Source of the DNA: Candidatus Delongbacteria bacterium
Lineage (GTDB): Bacteria > CAIWAD01
Direction of reading: 5' to 3'
Length of the DNA stretch: 64,000 nucleotides
Assembly (NCBI GenBank): GCA_963663545.1
Contig: OY760505.1
Span: 448,001 to 512,000, forward strand
The first letter of the stretch is position 1; each line of letters opens with the position of its first letter. The notes under the pieces are model-generated. The model had not been told where the DNA came from. It made no database searches and was given only the letters and a program-made list of their open reading frames with translations. The position numbers were made by a program, and so were the translations under genes. Shown here piece by piece: positions 10,154 to 20,691 of this stretch.

Positions 10154-11193
10154 CGGCAGATGTCCAGCATGCGCGTCAGGGCGCTGCGAGCGCCTGCGGC
10201 GTCGGCGTCGGCGACTTCCACCAGGTTGCGCTGGCCCAGATCCTCAAGCACTTCCAACAGAGCAAGGGGCGTACTCATGCTCATGGTGTTACAGATCGAG
10301 CTTCTGCCCAGCAGGCGGATTTCGCGATCTGGCAACTCGGCATTCAACCGTGCCACCAGCTTCTCTTCGGTGCCCACGTAGATCACGCTTCCTTCAGGCG
10401 CGCGGCGGCAATAATCGATGATGTAGCTGGTGCTGCCGGCATCGTCACAAAGCGCAACGATCTCGCGGGGACATTCGGGATGTACAATGACAAGCGCCTT
10501 GGGCTCGGCAGCACGAGCCTCGCGCACCATGTCTTCCGTGAAGTAGGTGTGCACGCAGCAATGGCCTTGCCACAGGATGATTCTGGCGCTCTGGATCTGC
10601 TCCGGCGTCACTCCTCCCAGAGGCCGGAAAGGATCGTAGACCACCACTTCCTCACCGCTGATGCCGCGCTTGAAGGCCGTGTTGCGCCCAAGATGCTGAT
10701 CGGGCGCAAAGAGGACGCGCTCGCCGCGACTGAATGCCCAGTCCAGCACACGCTCCGCGTTGGAGCTCGTACAGACAGCGCCCCCGTGCGTGCCGCAGAA
10801 GGCCTTGGTGCCCACATCGGAATTCACGTAGGTTACCGGTGTCACGGCGTTCATGTCACCCAGCACGTCGCCCAGCGCGGACCAGGCTCGCTCGATGGCC
10901 GGGCGATCGGCCATGTCCGCCATCGGGCAGCCCGCTTCCGGCACGGGATGAATGACCAGCTGATCCTCACGGGCGAGCACACGGGCGCTTTCGGCCATGA
11001 AGCGCACACCGCAAAAAACGATGTAGCGCGCTTTGCTGGCGGCGGCCTCGCGGGCGAGTTGAAAACTGTCGCCGCGCAAATCGGCGTATTGTATCACATC
11101 GTCACTCTGATAATGGTGACCCAGAATCAGGAGCTCTTCGCCGTACTGCAGTTTGAGTTCAGCGATGCGGGTGTGAATCTGTTGGCTTCTCAT
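10150..11193 (-). CDS. nadA: Quinolinate synthase
   Basis: ILGHHYQ, FCGVRFMAE, AGCPMADM, CTSSNA, VHPEC. Confidence 0.96.
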   Translation of the reverse strand: MRSQQIHTRIAELKLQYGEELLILGHHYQSDDVIQYADLRGDSFQLAREAAASKARYIVFCGVRFMAESARVLAREDQLVIHPVPEAGCPMADMADRPAIERAWSALGDVLGDMNAVTPVTYVNSDVGTKAFCGTHGGAVCTSSNAERVLDWAFSRGERVLFAPDQHLGRNTAFKRGISGEEVVVYDPFRPLGGVTPEQIQSARIILWQGHCCVHTYFTEDMVREARAAEPKALVIVHPECPREIVALCDDAGSTSYIIDYCRRAPEGSVIYVGTEEKLVARLNAELPDREIRLLGRSSICNTMSMSTPLALLEVLEDLGQRNLVEVADADAAGARSALTRMLDICR

Positions 11194-11230
11194 GCCGCTT
11201 TCCAAGTACATGCAGGGTTCTAAAAACCCC

Positions 11231-11252
11231 GCGGGGTCCAAGCGGACCCCGC
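11231..11252 (-). terminator. Probable intrinsic terminator after pepA
   Basis: GCGGGGTCC-aagc-GGACCCCGC hairpin with TTTTT nearby on the minus strand. Confidence 0.55.
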
Positions 11253-11285
11253 AGGCAACTGTTTCTCGTTTGCGAACCGGAAGAA

Positions 11286-12797
11286 CTACTCGGCGAAGTT
11301 GGCCGCAAAGTTCTCCAGCAGGTCGTAGACCATGTGCACACCAACGCCGGTGGCACCGGTCACATAACCGGACTTCTTGGGAACCCAGGCGGTTCCGGCG
11401 ATGTCAACGTGCGCCCAGGGGGTTTCCTCGCTGACGGCCTCGTTCAGGAAGGCGCCCGCGGTGATAGTACCCGCCTGACGGTCATTGGTGCTGTTGCAAA
11501 TGTCGGCGATACGCGACTTGATCATGTCGCGATATTCCTCGCTCATGGGCAAGGGCCAACAGGTATCACCAGAGCTGGCACCCGCCTCGACAACGGCTTC
11601 CACCATGCCCGGATCGTTGCCCACCACGGCACTCATCACATGCCCCAGGGCAATCAGCACCGCACCGGTCAGCGTGGCGAAATCCATCATGGCATCGGGC
11701 TTGTAGGTGCGCTCGGCGTAGGTCAGCGCGTCGCACAGCAGCAGACGGCCTTCGGCATCGGTATTGATGATTTCCACTTTCTTGCCGCACAGCAGCTCAA
11801 TAATGTCACCGGGCTTGTAGCTGGTGCCATCGGGCAGGTTTTCGGCAGCCGGAATCACGCCAAAGACATCCACATCGGGCTGGATCTCGTTGATCACCGA
11901 AAAGACGCCGAGCACGGCGGCGGCGCCGCACATATCGTACTTCATGTCTTCCATCTTGGCGCCCGGCTTCAAGCTGATACCGCCGGAATCGAAGGTGATG
12001 CCCTTGCCGATGACCGCAAGCTTGCGCGCATTGCGCTTGCCGCAACGGTACTCGAGAGCAATCAGCTTGCTTTCTTGTGCGCTGCCCTGCCCCACGGCCA
12101 GAATGCCGCCGGCGCCCATCTTCTTGAGCTGGGCCTCGCCCATCACCTTGACCTTGATCTTGCTAGTCTTGCCGCTGGCAAAGGAGAGCGCCGTCTTGGC
12201 CAGATACTCGGGAGTGGCGGTGTTGCCGGGATGGGTGCCCAGATCGCGGGCTACGTTCACACCGCGGCCAATGGTGTCACCGCGCTTGAGAGCTGCGACG
12301 AGCTCCTTGGCGGGTTTCTCGCCGGCGCGAACAACGATGGTCTTCAGCGAGCTGGTCTTCGGCTTGCTGCGATAGTGTTCAAACTCCCAGTTGCCAGTGC
12401 GCAGGCTGCGGGCCATGGTCACGGCTACGGAGACGGCCTCGGGGCCCTGCTCATCCAGCTCAGGCATTTCGATTGCAACAGCCTTGTAGTGCTGGTTCTT
12501 CAGCCAGATACTTAAGCCACCGAAGGCGGTGGTTACGGTCTTGAGTGCAAAACGCTCGCGATCGCCCAGACCAAGCAGCAGCAAACGCTGAATGCCAGCC
12601 TTGGAATCGTTGGGATACAGCATGAAGCGCTCAGAAGTCTTGCCACAGAAATCGCCAGCCTTTAGTACGCGGGCGACGTCGAAATACTGGTCCAGACCCG
12701 CCAACTCGGCCGGAAGGCCTTCGCCTTTGTACAAACACACTACATAGAGTTCTGTCTTCAGCTTGTTCAGCGCGTCTTTTTTAATGACCAGTTCCAT
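11286..12797 (-). CDS. pepA: Leucyl aminopeptidase (M17)
   Basis: GKGITFDSGG, MKYDMCG, NTDAEGRL, ATLTGA. Confidence 0.96.
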   Translation of the reverse strand: MELVIKKDALNKLKTELYVVCLYKGEGLPAELAGLDQYFDVARVLKAGDFCGKTSERFMLYPNDSKAGIQRLLLLGLGDRERFALKTVTTAFGGLSIWLKNQHYKAVAIEMPELDEQGPEAVSVAVTMARSLRTGNWEFEHYRSKPKTSSLKTIVVRAGEKPAKELVAALKRGDTIGRGVNVARDLGTHPGNTATPEYLAKTALSFASGKTSKIKVKVMGEAQLKKMGAGGILAVGQGSAQESKLIALEYRCGKRNARKLAVIGKGITFDSGGISLKPGAKMEDMKYDMCGAAAVLGVFSVINEIQPDVDVFGVIPAAENLPDGTSYKPGDIIELLCGKKVEIINTDAEGRLLLCDALTYAERTYKPDAMMDFATLTGAVLIALGHVMSAVVGNDPGMVEAVVEAGASSGDTCWPLPMSEEYRDMIKSRIADICNSTNDRQAGTITAGAFLNEAVSEETPWAHVDIAGTAWVPKKSGYVTGATGVGVHMVYDLLENFAANFAE

Positions 12798-13686
12798 GCT
12801 CGTCCTCACTTGTTTCTATTTGTATTGGAATCTCTCTTACTACGCCGCCAAAACCGATCAGCCTGTCGACGACATGAGAAATGAGCACCTCCGGGGTGGA
12901 CGCACCGGCGGAGACACCTACTGTGGCCAAGCCCTGCAATTCTTCTTCGCGCAGTGCATCGGCATTTTCAATCAAGCGCGCATCGGCTCCGCAATCGCGG
13001 GCGATGTCACACAGACGGTTGGCATTTGCGCTCGACGTGGACCCGACCACAAAAATGACCTGGCAGCAGCGCGCCAGCTCTCGAATGGCGCGTTGACGGC
13101 GAGCGGTCGCATCGCAAATGGTGTCGAAGACCTGAAGCTGCGGAAACCGCGTTTTCAAACGATCTACCATTGTAGCGAATTGCGCTCTGTCCTGGGTGGT
13201 CTGCGAGAGCAATGCGACGTCCTCCCACTCGGCGGGAAGGGTGTCAACCTGATCAGGGCTATGTATCACGAGGACCTGGTCTGGCGCCTGACCAACGATT
13301 CCGGTGACTTCACTGTGGCCTTCATCTCCCAGCAAAATCACGTGTTTGCCCTGTTCGGCAAGCTGGCGCACAATACGATGAATGCGTGTTACAAGCGGGC
13401 AGGTCGCATCCAGCACGTGCAGGCCGCGGGCGCGTGCTGTTCGTACGACTTCAGGTGATACACCGTGTGCGCTAACCACCATGCGCCCGGAGGGAATCTC
13501 GTCCAGCGCTTCAACGCAGCGAATACTCTTTTGCTCCAGCTCGCGTATCACGTGCTTATTATGCACGATTTCGTGCAACACACAGATCTCGCCTTCAGGG
13601 TCCTCTTCACGCGCTTGATATACCAGTGAAATGGCGCGCTCAACACCAAAACAGAATCCCATTTCTCTGGCAAGCAGGATTTCCAT
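12781..13686 (-). CDS. ispH: 4-hydroxy-3-methylbut-2-enyl diphosphate reductase
   Basis: GFCFGVERA, DATCPLV, TICDAT, SAGASTP. Confidence 0.96.
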   Translation of the reverse strand: MEILLAREMGFCFGVERAISLVYQAREEDPEGEICVLHEIVHNKHVIRELEQKSIRCVEALDEIPSGRMVVSAHGVSPEVVRTARARGLHVLDATCPLVTRIHRIVRQLAEQGKHVILLGDEGHSEVTGIVGQAPDQVLVIHSPDQVDTLPAEWEDVALLSQTTQDRAQFATMVDRLKTRFPQLQVFDTICDATARRQRAIRELARCCQVIFVVGSTSSANANRLCDIARDCGADARLIENADALREEELQGLATVGVSAGASTPEVLISHVVDRLIGFGGVVREIPIQIETSEDEHGTGH

Positions 13687-15569
13687 CAGTTCTCCAGCAA
13701 GGCAAGCACGCGCTCGGCGATGCGCTGTCCGGTCAGACCAACCTGATCAAGCAACAGCCGACGCCCGCCGTGTTCCACCCACTGATCGGGCAGACTCATG
13801 TGATACAAGCCTCTGGTACGGCCCAGGCAGGCAAGCTCACCGCGCAGGGCCTCGCCAAATCCACCTCGCGGACAGTTTTCCTCGACCGTGATCAGCGGTA
13901 GCGGACAAGCGGCGAGTTCAGCCAGTATCTGTTGATCCATAGGTTTGATAAAACGGCAGTTGATGACTTCCGCCTCGACCTTGTGCTCGGCCAGCAGCTC
14001 GGCGGCATCCAGACATTCACGTACCATCGATCCAACCGCAAGGAATCGCAGGCGATTGCCTACTCGCAAGCGCTTCCAGCTGCCCAGCGCAATGGGCTCC
14101 ACCGGTAGTGCTGGGTCAAAGGCGTAGGAGTTATCCTTGGGGTAGCGGATGCAGAAGGGACCGCTGTGTGATACAGCCAGATGCAACAGGGCGCGAAACT
14201 CGTTGCCATCCGCTGGCGCTGTAACCACCATACCGGGCACCATACCCATGTAGGACAAGTCGAAATTGCCGTGATGCGTCGGGCCATCCGCACCCACCAG
14301 ACCGGCACGGTCCAGCGCAAAAATCACCGGCAGCTTCTGCAAGGCTACATCGTGTATCACATTGTCCACTGCGCGTTGCATGAACGTGGAATAGACGGCG
14401 ACAACCGGAAGCTGCCCGGCCGCAGCAGCGCCCGCGGCGAAGGTGACGGCGTGCCCCTCGGCGATGCCCACATCCACAACTCGCTCAGGATGCGCGGCCG
14501 CCAGCGGCGCCAGCCCCGTCCCTTCGGCCATGGCAGCGGTAATGGCAAAGAGCCCCTCATGCTTGGGCAACAATTCTTCCAGAATCACGGGTAGCAGATT
14601 GTTGTAACTGGGCGCTTTGGGCTGCTCGGTTTCCAGCATATCCTGCGGTGCTGTCTCCCGCAGGTTGCCGCCAATGCCGTGATACTTCACGGGATTGCGC
14701 TCCGCGATGGGCAGCCCCTTGCCCTTCTTGGTGACGACATGCAGCAGGCGCGGACCGCGGATTTTGTGCAGGCGCTCAAGAGTGTGAGTCATGGCGCTCA
14801 GATCGTGGCCGTCGATCGGACCGAAATACCGATAGCCAAGTTCGTTGAAGAAAATGCCCGGCAGCACCAGAGAGCTCAGACTCTCGAACATGCGACGCGC
14901 CAGCTCGCGGCTGCGGTCCTTGTTGCGTCCGCCCAGCTTGCCGGTGGCTTCCCATACTTGGTCGCGCAAGCGATTAACAAAGGGATGCAGGTTGACTTCG
15001 GTAAAGTAGTGTGACAGCGCGCCCACATTGGGACTAATGGACATCTGGTTGTCGTTGAGGATCACGAGCAAATCCAGTCCGCTGGCTCCGCCGTGATTCA
15101 AACCCTCAAAAGCCAGGCCGCCCGTCAGACTGCCATCGCCGATGATGGCAATTGTCTCACGCCGCTCTTTGCGCCGCTTGGCTGCGTAGGCAAAACCTAG
15201 TGCGGCCGAGATGGAAGTGGACGCGTGACCTGCGCCAAAAGCATCGTGCTCCGATTCTTCCCGTTTGAGAAAGCCGGAAAGCCCGCCAAACTGGCGCACG
15301 GTTTCGAACTCGCTCTGGCGCCCCGTCAACAGCTTATGGATATAGCCCTGATGACCGACATCCCAAATCATCTTGTCGCGAGGGCTATCGAACACGCGAT
15401 GCAGGGCAACGGTGAGTTCAACCACACCCAGGCTGGCAGCCAGATGGCCACCGGAGCTAGTGATAACGCGTATCACCTCGTTGCGCAGCTCTCGACAAAG
15501 CTGGGGCAGGTCCTCTTCGGGCAACAGTTTCAGGTCGCCGGGGCCCTGGATCCGTTCCAGCAAACTCAT
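13686..15569 (-). CDS. dxs: 1-deoxy-D-xylulose-5-phosphate synthase
   Basis: GGHLAASLG, WDVGHQ, GDGSLTGG, LNDN, DRAGLVGADGPTH. Confidence 0.97.
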   Translation of the reverse strand: MSLLERIQGPGDLKLLPEEDLPQLCRELRNEVIRVITSSGGHLAASLGVVELTVALHRVFDSPRDKMIWDVGHQGYIHKLLTGRQSEFETVRQFGGLSGFLKREESEHDAFGAGHASTSISAALGFAYAAKRRKERRETIAIIGDGSLTGGLAFEGLNHGGASGLDLLVILNDNQMSISPNVGALSHYFTEVNLHPFVNRLRDQVWEATGKLGGRNKDRSRELARRMFESLSSLVLPGIFFNELGYRYFGPIDGHDLSAMTHTLERLHKIRGPRLLHVVTKKGKGLPIAERNPVKYHGIGGNLRETAPQDMLETEQPKAPSYNNLLPVILEELLPKHEGLFAITAAMAEGTGLAPLAAAHPERVVDVGIAEGHAVTFAAGAAAAGQLPVVAVYSTFMQRAVDNVIHDVALQKLPVIFALDRAGLVGADGPTHHGNFDLSYMGMVPGMVVTAPADGNEFRALLHLAVSHSGPFCIRYPKDNSYAFDPALPVEPIALGSWKRLRVGNRLRFLAVGSMVRECLDAAELLAEHKVEAEVINCRFIKPMDQQILAELAACPLPLITVEENCPRGGFGEALRGELACLGRTRGLYHMSLPDQWVEHGGRRLLLDQVGLTGQRIAERVLALLEN

Positions 15570-16615
15570 GCTTCTTCACCTTCCTCACGCAGCGTCAGTA
15601 GCTGTCGTGTATCACGAATGTGATTCAGTGTCGCTTCCAGCACAGCGCTTTCTACATCGGCGCGTGCTTTTTCCAGACTTGCACCGGCGGCAAAGCGGTG
15701 CCCACCCCCACCGAAGAGACCTGCAACGGCATTAACGTCGTAGGGTTCCTTGCAGCGGAAGTTCAACTTGGTTCCCCCCTGCTCCGCATCGCTAAAGGTC
15801 AGGGTCATCCGACATCCTTGGACACTCAGGCCCATGTTGACGAAGCCTTCGCTTAGTTGGCGCGTGGCCCCTGTTTCCGCCAGCATCTCCTGCGTGATCC
15901 GAAAGACCAGCAGTTCGCCGTCCGCGTGGCTTTGCATGGATTCCAGATAGCGGCCCATTAGTTTGAAGCGTGCTAGCGGATAGCGCTGATTGACCAGCTC
16001 GTGCAGGCGCGCGGGAACGACGCCCAGCCGCACCAGTTCTGCAGCCATTTCCAGCGTTTCGGCTCGGGTTGCAGGAAAACTGAATCCGCCGGTGTCGGTG
16101 CTGATGGAAACGTAAAGCGCTTCGGCACTGGCCTTGTCAGGCTTCATCTCCATCGCCCGCAACAGCTCCCACAGGACTTCGCCTGTAGATCCGATTTGCG
16201 GAAATGTGTAAAGCAATCCCTGGCCGATGTCGTTGGAAAGGTGATGATCGATCACCAGCAGCGGCAAGCCGCTTTCTTCGAGCCTCTGGCGTACACCACC
16301 CGTGCGATGCATAGTGGACACATCGAGCACAAGACAGCCATCCAGCGAGTCCGGCAGTGTGGCCGATTCGGGTTGCCAGCACGTGGGGCAATCCAGATCC
16401 TCGAAGAGGAAAGTGTAAACGTCCGGTACCGGCCCCTGGCTGACAATGTGGACGTCGCAGCCACGCTTCTTCAGCAGACGCGCCATCGCCGCAAGCGATC
16501 CCAGAGCGTCGCCGTCCGGATTCAGATGCGTGCAAAGCAAGAGCCGTTTTCCAGGCTGGAGGAAGTCTATGGCTGGCCGCCAATCGGCGTCACGGGGATT
16601 CGCTGGCAAGTGCAT
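15566..16615 (-). CDS. DHH/DHHA1 phosphoesterase (NrnA-like)
   Basis: HLNPDGDALGS, IDHH, TDTG, GGGGH. Confidence 0.92.
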   Translation of the reverse strand: MHLPANPRDADWRPAIDFLQPGKRLLLCTHLNPDGDALGSLAAMARLLKKRGCDVHIVSQGPVPDVYTFLFEDLDCPTCWQPESATLPDSLDGCLVLDVSTMHRTGGVRQRLEESGLPLLVIDHHLSNDIGQGLLYTFPQIGSTGEVLWELLRAMEMKPDKASAEALYVSISTDTGGFSFPATRAETLEMAAELVRLGVVPARLHELVNQRYPLARFKLMGRYLESMQSHADGELLVFRITQEMLAETGATRQLSEGFVNMGLSVQGCRMTLTFSDAEQGGTKLNFRCKEPYDVNAVAGLFGGGGHRFAAGASLEKARADVESAVLEATLNHIRDTRQLLTLREEGEEA

Positions 16616-16712
16616 GATTCACCTCTTGTGCCTCCGCAGCACAGCATCTTCAAATGTAGAAGACCGGCGCGAGCAGTCGAGAAAGATAGGCTTTTCACAA
16701 TGAGAGGCAAAC

Positions 16713-17534
16713 TCAGGCGCGTCGGAAGTGATTGCGCAACTCCTCTGCCTGCCAGCCAAGACGTAACATGCGCTGTAGTGCGTGACTGTAGTACACGGGG
16801 TCGTCTTCGCGCAGCAGCGCCAGAGAGCGTGTCGCCTCAATAACGGCACCGCGATCCGGGAGCTCGCGGGTCACCAGCTTCAGCCAGTGAAGGAGTTGTA
16901 ACCGTTCGCCATCGAGCGGCAGCAGTAGTTCAGTGGGGCGCAGACATTGCCAGAGCCCCAAATCCAGCTCGTCATCGGGACGAACCACCGTGCGCAGAAA
17001 CAGATGCAGGCGCATCACGGAGCTACCCTTGGCGGGTCGCGGAAGCAAATGGGCAGCACGGCATTCGCGGCGTTCTTCCTCGCTGACGCTGCGCTGCAGT
17101 TGCTTCATGAAGCGGTCGCAACACTCCAGATAACGTCGTCCGGGCGCCTGACCTTCGCTGAAGAGCTCTTCCAGGGTATTGCTGCGCTTCAGGCTTACCC
17201 GCAGAGCGTGCAACCACAAATACACGCCCTCTGGCGGAATGAAACTGAACTGCATGTCCTGGCAGAGCTCCTGCAACATCTGCTGGCTCAGGCGGGACAG
17301 CGTGCGGGCGGGCTGTTTGCCCAGACGTCCAAGCAGGAGTTTGATCCAGCCGCGGCGCTCCTCTTCGGGGCCGAATTGGAGCATGGCCACAAGAAAGGCA
17401 ACCAGTTCGCGATCGCGCGGATGCGCGTATTGACGGGCCAGCTGCCCGGGTGACATGGCATCGGGCTGGTGAAGGTGATCCTCCACCAACCCGCCCAAAA
17501 ATCGTTGCAAACGCGCAATGCGATCAGGTTTCAC
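16713..17534 (-). CDS. DUF2400/TIGR02757-like protein
   Basis: DRELVAFLVA, RLHLFLRTVVR, DLGLW, LLLPLD, DDPVYY pattern. Confidence 0.75.
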   Translation of the reverse strand: MKPDRIARLQRFLGGLVEDHLHQPDAMSPGQLARQYAHPRDRELVAFLVAMLQFGPEEERRGWIKLLLGRLGKQPARTLSRLSQQMLQELCQDMQFSFIPPEGVYLWLHALRVSLKRSNTLEELFSEGQAPGRRYLECCDRFMKQLQRSVSEEERRECRAAHLLPRPAKGSSVMRLHLFLRTVVRPDDELDLGLWQCLRPTELLLPLDGERLQLLHWLKLVTRELPDRGAVIEATRSLALLREDDPVYYSHALQRMLRLGWQAEELRNHFRRA

Positions 17535-18124
17535 TGAGCGATCTCGCTCACTTTGTCAAAATCGATGCCTTGTGCGAAGCTGCGGAGCTCGTCTTCGCTG
17601 ACGCCGTTGCCGTCAACGGAGACCAGCACATTCTGGTTGAGCACAATCTGGATGCTGCCGCTGCGGTCTTCGGCATCGTACTCCAGCAGCGCTTTCTGGC
17701 CGTTGATCTTGATCATCCTCTGGCCATCGCCCGACATGAACATGGGATTGGCAAAGGCCATGCTCACCATGCTCAACATGGGACTGTCGGTTGTGATGCT
17801 GATGTTGACGTTATCGTAGATGCCTTCGCTTTCGCGCTCGTAGCTAGTAGTGGCGCCGGTGGCTCCGCCCAGCAAACTGGAAGCGACCGCCGTGCCTTCA
17901 GCATCCAGCTGCGTCCATCCCGCGGGAGCCTTGGGAAAGACGGCCGTAAACGCTTCGCCCTTCTGCTGGCGAATCAATTGTGCCGCGTACTCCAGGGACT
18001 GAGCCGCTTCGCTGAAATTTCCGGCCTTGTAAGCCTTCAAACCGTCGTCGACCCAATCTGTCACATCATCGGCCCTGAGGGGCAGGACCAACATCAACAG
18101 CAGCAGTGCTGTCAACAAACGCAT
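17531..18124 (-). CDS. Secreted hypothetical protein
   Basis: Signal peptide MRLLTALLLLMLVLPLRA; GGAGG RBS. Confidence 0.8.
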   Translation of the reverse strand: MRLLTALLLLMLVLPLRADDVTDWVDDGLKAYKAGNFSEAAQSLEYAAQLIRQQKGEAFTAVFPKAPAGWTQLDAEGTAVASSLLGGATGATTSYERESEGIYDNVNISITTDSPMLSMVSMAFANPMFMSGDGQRMIKINGQKALLEYDAEDRSGSIQIVLNQNVLVSVDGNGVSEDELRSFAQGIDFDKVSEIAQ

Positions 18125-18272
18125 ACTCCACCTCCAAAGACTCCGCGGCAGCCGGACCTACCGGCCGGGGGCAAATCTGCCATCCCTGTGTCCGCGACAA
18201 TAATGTACAAAGACAAAGCATTTGCCTGTATTGGCTCGCGCTTTGTATCACTGATCGAAAAGGCCGCGCCTC

Positions 18273-19925
18273 CTACTCTGCAGCACGCACACGGTAATAG
18301 ATGGCCTCCGCCCCCGTGCCACGCTCGATCTCCAGCAATGTATCACGGGTTGTGGCCAGCTCGCTAAAGCCAGTATAGGGCGCCGACGAAGACTCGACGA
18401 TATAATGATCCGCACCGGCAACGGAAGTCCAGGAGAGGGTTAGCGTGATACCTTGGACGCCAAGTTGCAATTCCGGCGCCGTCAGACCAGAAGGCAGCAG
18501 AGTGCAAGTGTGAGGATCTAGGGCCGCGCAGCCAATGGGATGTGATACACTGCGACCACTTTCGTCAACCGCACGCAGATAGTACTCCAGAGTGCCGCCG
18601 TTCGCAGGCAGGGTCGCCGTCCACAGGTGACCAGGTTGGGCTTGCATCTGGGTCTGCTGCCAACTGCCGCCGTCCAGGCGCCAGCCAACGTAAACGCTGT
18701 CGGAGATCAGGGTGTGATTCCCCAGCGAGTGAACCTCCGCCTGTATCACAGGATTTCCCGCCTGCTCACCAAACAAAGGCTGGTGTGCGATGCGCAGCAT
18801 TTCGCGATCGGCGATTCCGCGCGTTCGGCAATGCAGAGCGTCGGTGCTCTCCCAGCCCCCGCCGGCGCCCTCCGACAGGATGCCGTGCACGGTGTAGCCG
18901 GGCAGCGCCGTTTCATATACCGCCAGAGCAGCATTGTCGTAGCTGCTGCTCATGATGGGCACATAAACATGCTGCCCTAAGATCAGACTGTTGGTGTAGG
19001 GCTGATTGGAAGGTGTCTGCACGCGATACACACGCCAGGGATAGCCCCAGCTGCAGTTGTGTGTCACAAACCAATCGGCGGTCTCTTCGATCTCGTCATA
19101 CTGCGCGTGAGACGTTGGCACCTGACGGATGAGCACCTTGTCCGGTGCCAGGAACTTGCCCCAGCAGTCAATGTGATCGATGTAGGTATTGTTGGGGTCG
19201 GGCAGTTTGTAATACTCTTCGACACCCAGGAAGTGGGCCATTAGCGTGTCGACTTCGGCCGCCGTCAAGCCGGGGTTCTCCTCCAGCACCAGGTCGCTGG
19301 ACGCCGCCTGGCCACAACCATTGACCATATAATTGCCGCCGGTGTGAGACAGATCCATGCCAAAGACAGGCAGATTGTACATGTCGCCCACCTCGATCGG
19401 AATCTCGTCATCGGCAGGGCGCGGACGGTTGTAAGGAAAGTCCACCACAGCCAGCGCGCTATCGCTCATGCAGACAAACCAGGGGCCATAATCGCGCGTC
19501 CACCAGGAGTTGCTGGAAGCGTAGAGGAAATCGCAATTGGCCAGGTTGACCGACTGTGCGGTGTAAAGGCTGCGTACGGTGCTCTCCTGGCTGCTTCCGG
19601 AGACAATAGTTGTAACACGGCTGTGCTGGCTCATCAGGCGGATCAAGGTCACGGGAATGCCGAAGGGATAGCGCACCAGTACGCTCTCCATCGGATCAAA
19701 CTCAGCGACAGCGCGCAGGTCTCCGGGCGGTGGCGTAGTAGGAGTGAAGTCACGACCGATCTCGTCCATGCGCCCCAGCTCATCGGGGGTCAGCCAGTGC
19801 GGAGCGGAGTCCGGATAGCGACTCTGCCACTCGGCTGTGCGGGCTAGCAGTTCGGGTGTCACACTGCGCTCGGCGGAAAGGGCCACAAACGGCAGCGCCA
19901 GTATCAGGGCCAGCGGTGTCTTCAT
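18273..19925 (-). CDS. Secreted agmatine/peptidylarginine deiminase family protein with C-terminal 'YRVxA' domain
   Basis: WTRDYGP, GGN, HIDCW, YTN, DALHC catalytic motifs; signal peptide. Confidence 0.9.
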   Translation of the reverse strand: MKTPLALILALPFVALSAERSVTPELLARTAEWQSRYPDSAPHWLTPDELGRMDEIGRDFTPTTPPPGDLRAVAEFDPMESVLVRYPFGIPVTLIRLMSQHSRVTTIVSGSSQESTVRSLYTAQSVNLANCDFLYASSNSWWTRDYGPWFVCMSDSALAVVDFPYNRPRPADDEIPIEVGDMYNLPVFGMDLSHTGGNYMVNGCGQAASSDLVLEENPGLTAAEVDTLMAHFLGVEEYYKLPDPNNTYIDHIDCWGKFLAPDKVLIRQVPTSHAQYDEIEETADWFVTHNCSWGYPWRVYRVQTPSNQPYTNSLILGQHVYVPIMSSSYDNAALAVYETALPGYTVHGILSEGAGGGWESTDALHCRTRGIADREMLRIAHQPLFGEQAGNPVIQAEVHSLGNHTLISDSVYVGWRLDGGSWQQTQMQAQPGHLWTATLPANGGTLEYYLRAVDESGRSVSHPIGCAALDPHTCTLLPSGLTAPELQLGVQGITLTLSWTSVAGADHYIVESSSAPYTGFSELATTRDTLLEIERGTGAEAIYYRVRAAE

Positions 19926-20082
19926 TCTGGTACCTCAATTGCGGTTGCGGGTGAAAGGCCCGTGCGATGCGAAACACCGTTGGATCACACGCCGATCGCT
20001 TCGGGCAGCTTCCATCGGCAAGAGAGTGAATCCTTGGGGTTGATGCAAGGCAGGAAAGCGGATTCTGAAGTGAGTGTTTGTG

Positions 20083-20499
20083 TTACAAGAGGCCGCTGGC
20101 TGCATGCCACTGACGCACTGCGCGGCCTGTGATCCAGGCCTTTCCGTCACTGCCGGCAACGAACCAATAGACGCTGACGCCCTCTCCTTCGCGATGCTGT
20201 AACAGGTCGCCGGAACGCGTCTCCGCCTCCTCGAGGTATATGTCCGGTGCCAGCTCGAGGGAGCACAGATCGCCGCGCTTCAGCTCGCATTCTAGGTACA
20301 GCCGTCCGCCAGCGTCGAAAAGACTAGGGCACTCGCGCAGCATCATATGGTTCTCGGCGCGGGCGAAATCCACGGCGGCATAGCATTCTTCGATGGGCAG
20401 CATGCAGGGTTTGACCTCACGGGGCTGATCGAAACGAAAGTCGATGCGCAGCGAGATCCTGGCTCCCTCGACGAAGTGGATGTGGTGCGTGATGAGCAT
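20083..20499 (-). CDS. Hypothetical protein
   Basis: 138-aa ORF with GGAG/GAGG RBS; no recognised motif. Confidence 0.55.
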   Translation of the reverse strand: MLITHHIHFVEGARISLRIDFRFDQPREVKPCMLPIEECYAAVDFARAENHMMLRECPSLFDAGGRLYLECELKRGDLCSLELAPDIYLEEAETRSGDLLQHREGEGVSVYWFVAGSDGKAWITGRAVRQWHAASGLL

Positions 20500-20595
20500 C
20501 CTCTACTCCAGTTGCAGTTGTCCACGGAAAGTATCGACCTTTTGGGTGGGCAACTGGAATGGGACGCTGTCAGGGAGGATGGACGGAATCGAGCT

Positions 20596-20654
20596 CGAGG
20601 TGCCAGACCCGGGTCAGACCCGGGTCAGATCCGGGTCAGATCCGTATCAGGTTC
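20596..20654. repeat. Five degenerate 11-bp tandem units (GGGTCAGAYCC)
   Basis: gtgccagaccc|gggtcagaccc|gggtcagatcc|gggtcagatcc|gtatcaggttc. Confidence 0.85.
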
Positions 20655-20691
20655 AAACATCCAGTATTTCATTTAATATCAGTGTGTTACT

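Noticed and set aside
20596-20654. Short repeats as a possible CRISPR array
   Set aside because: 11-bp tandem units with no spacers and no cas genes.
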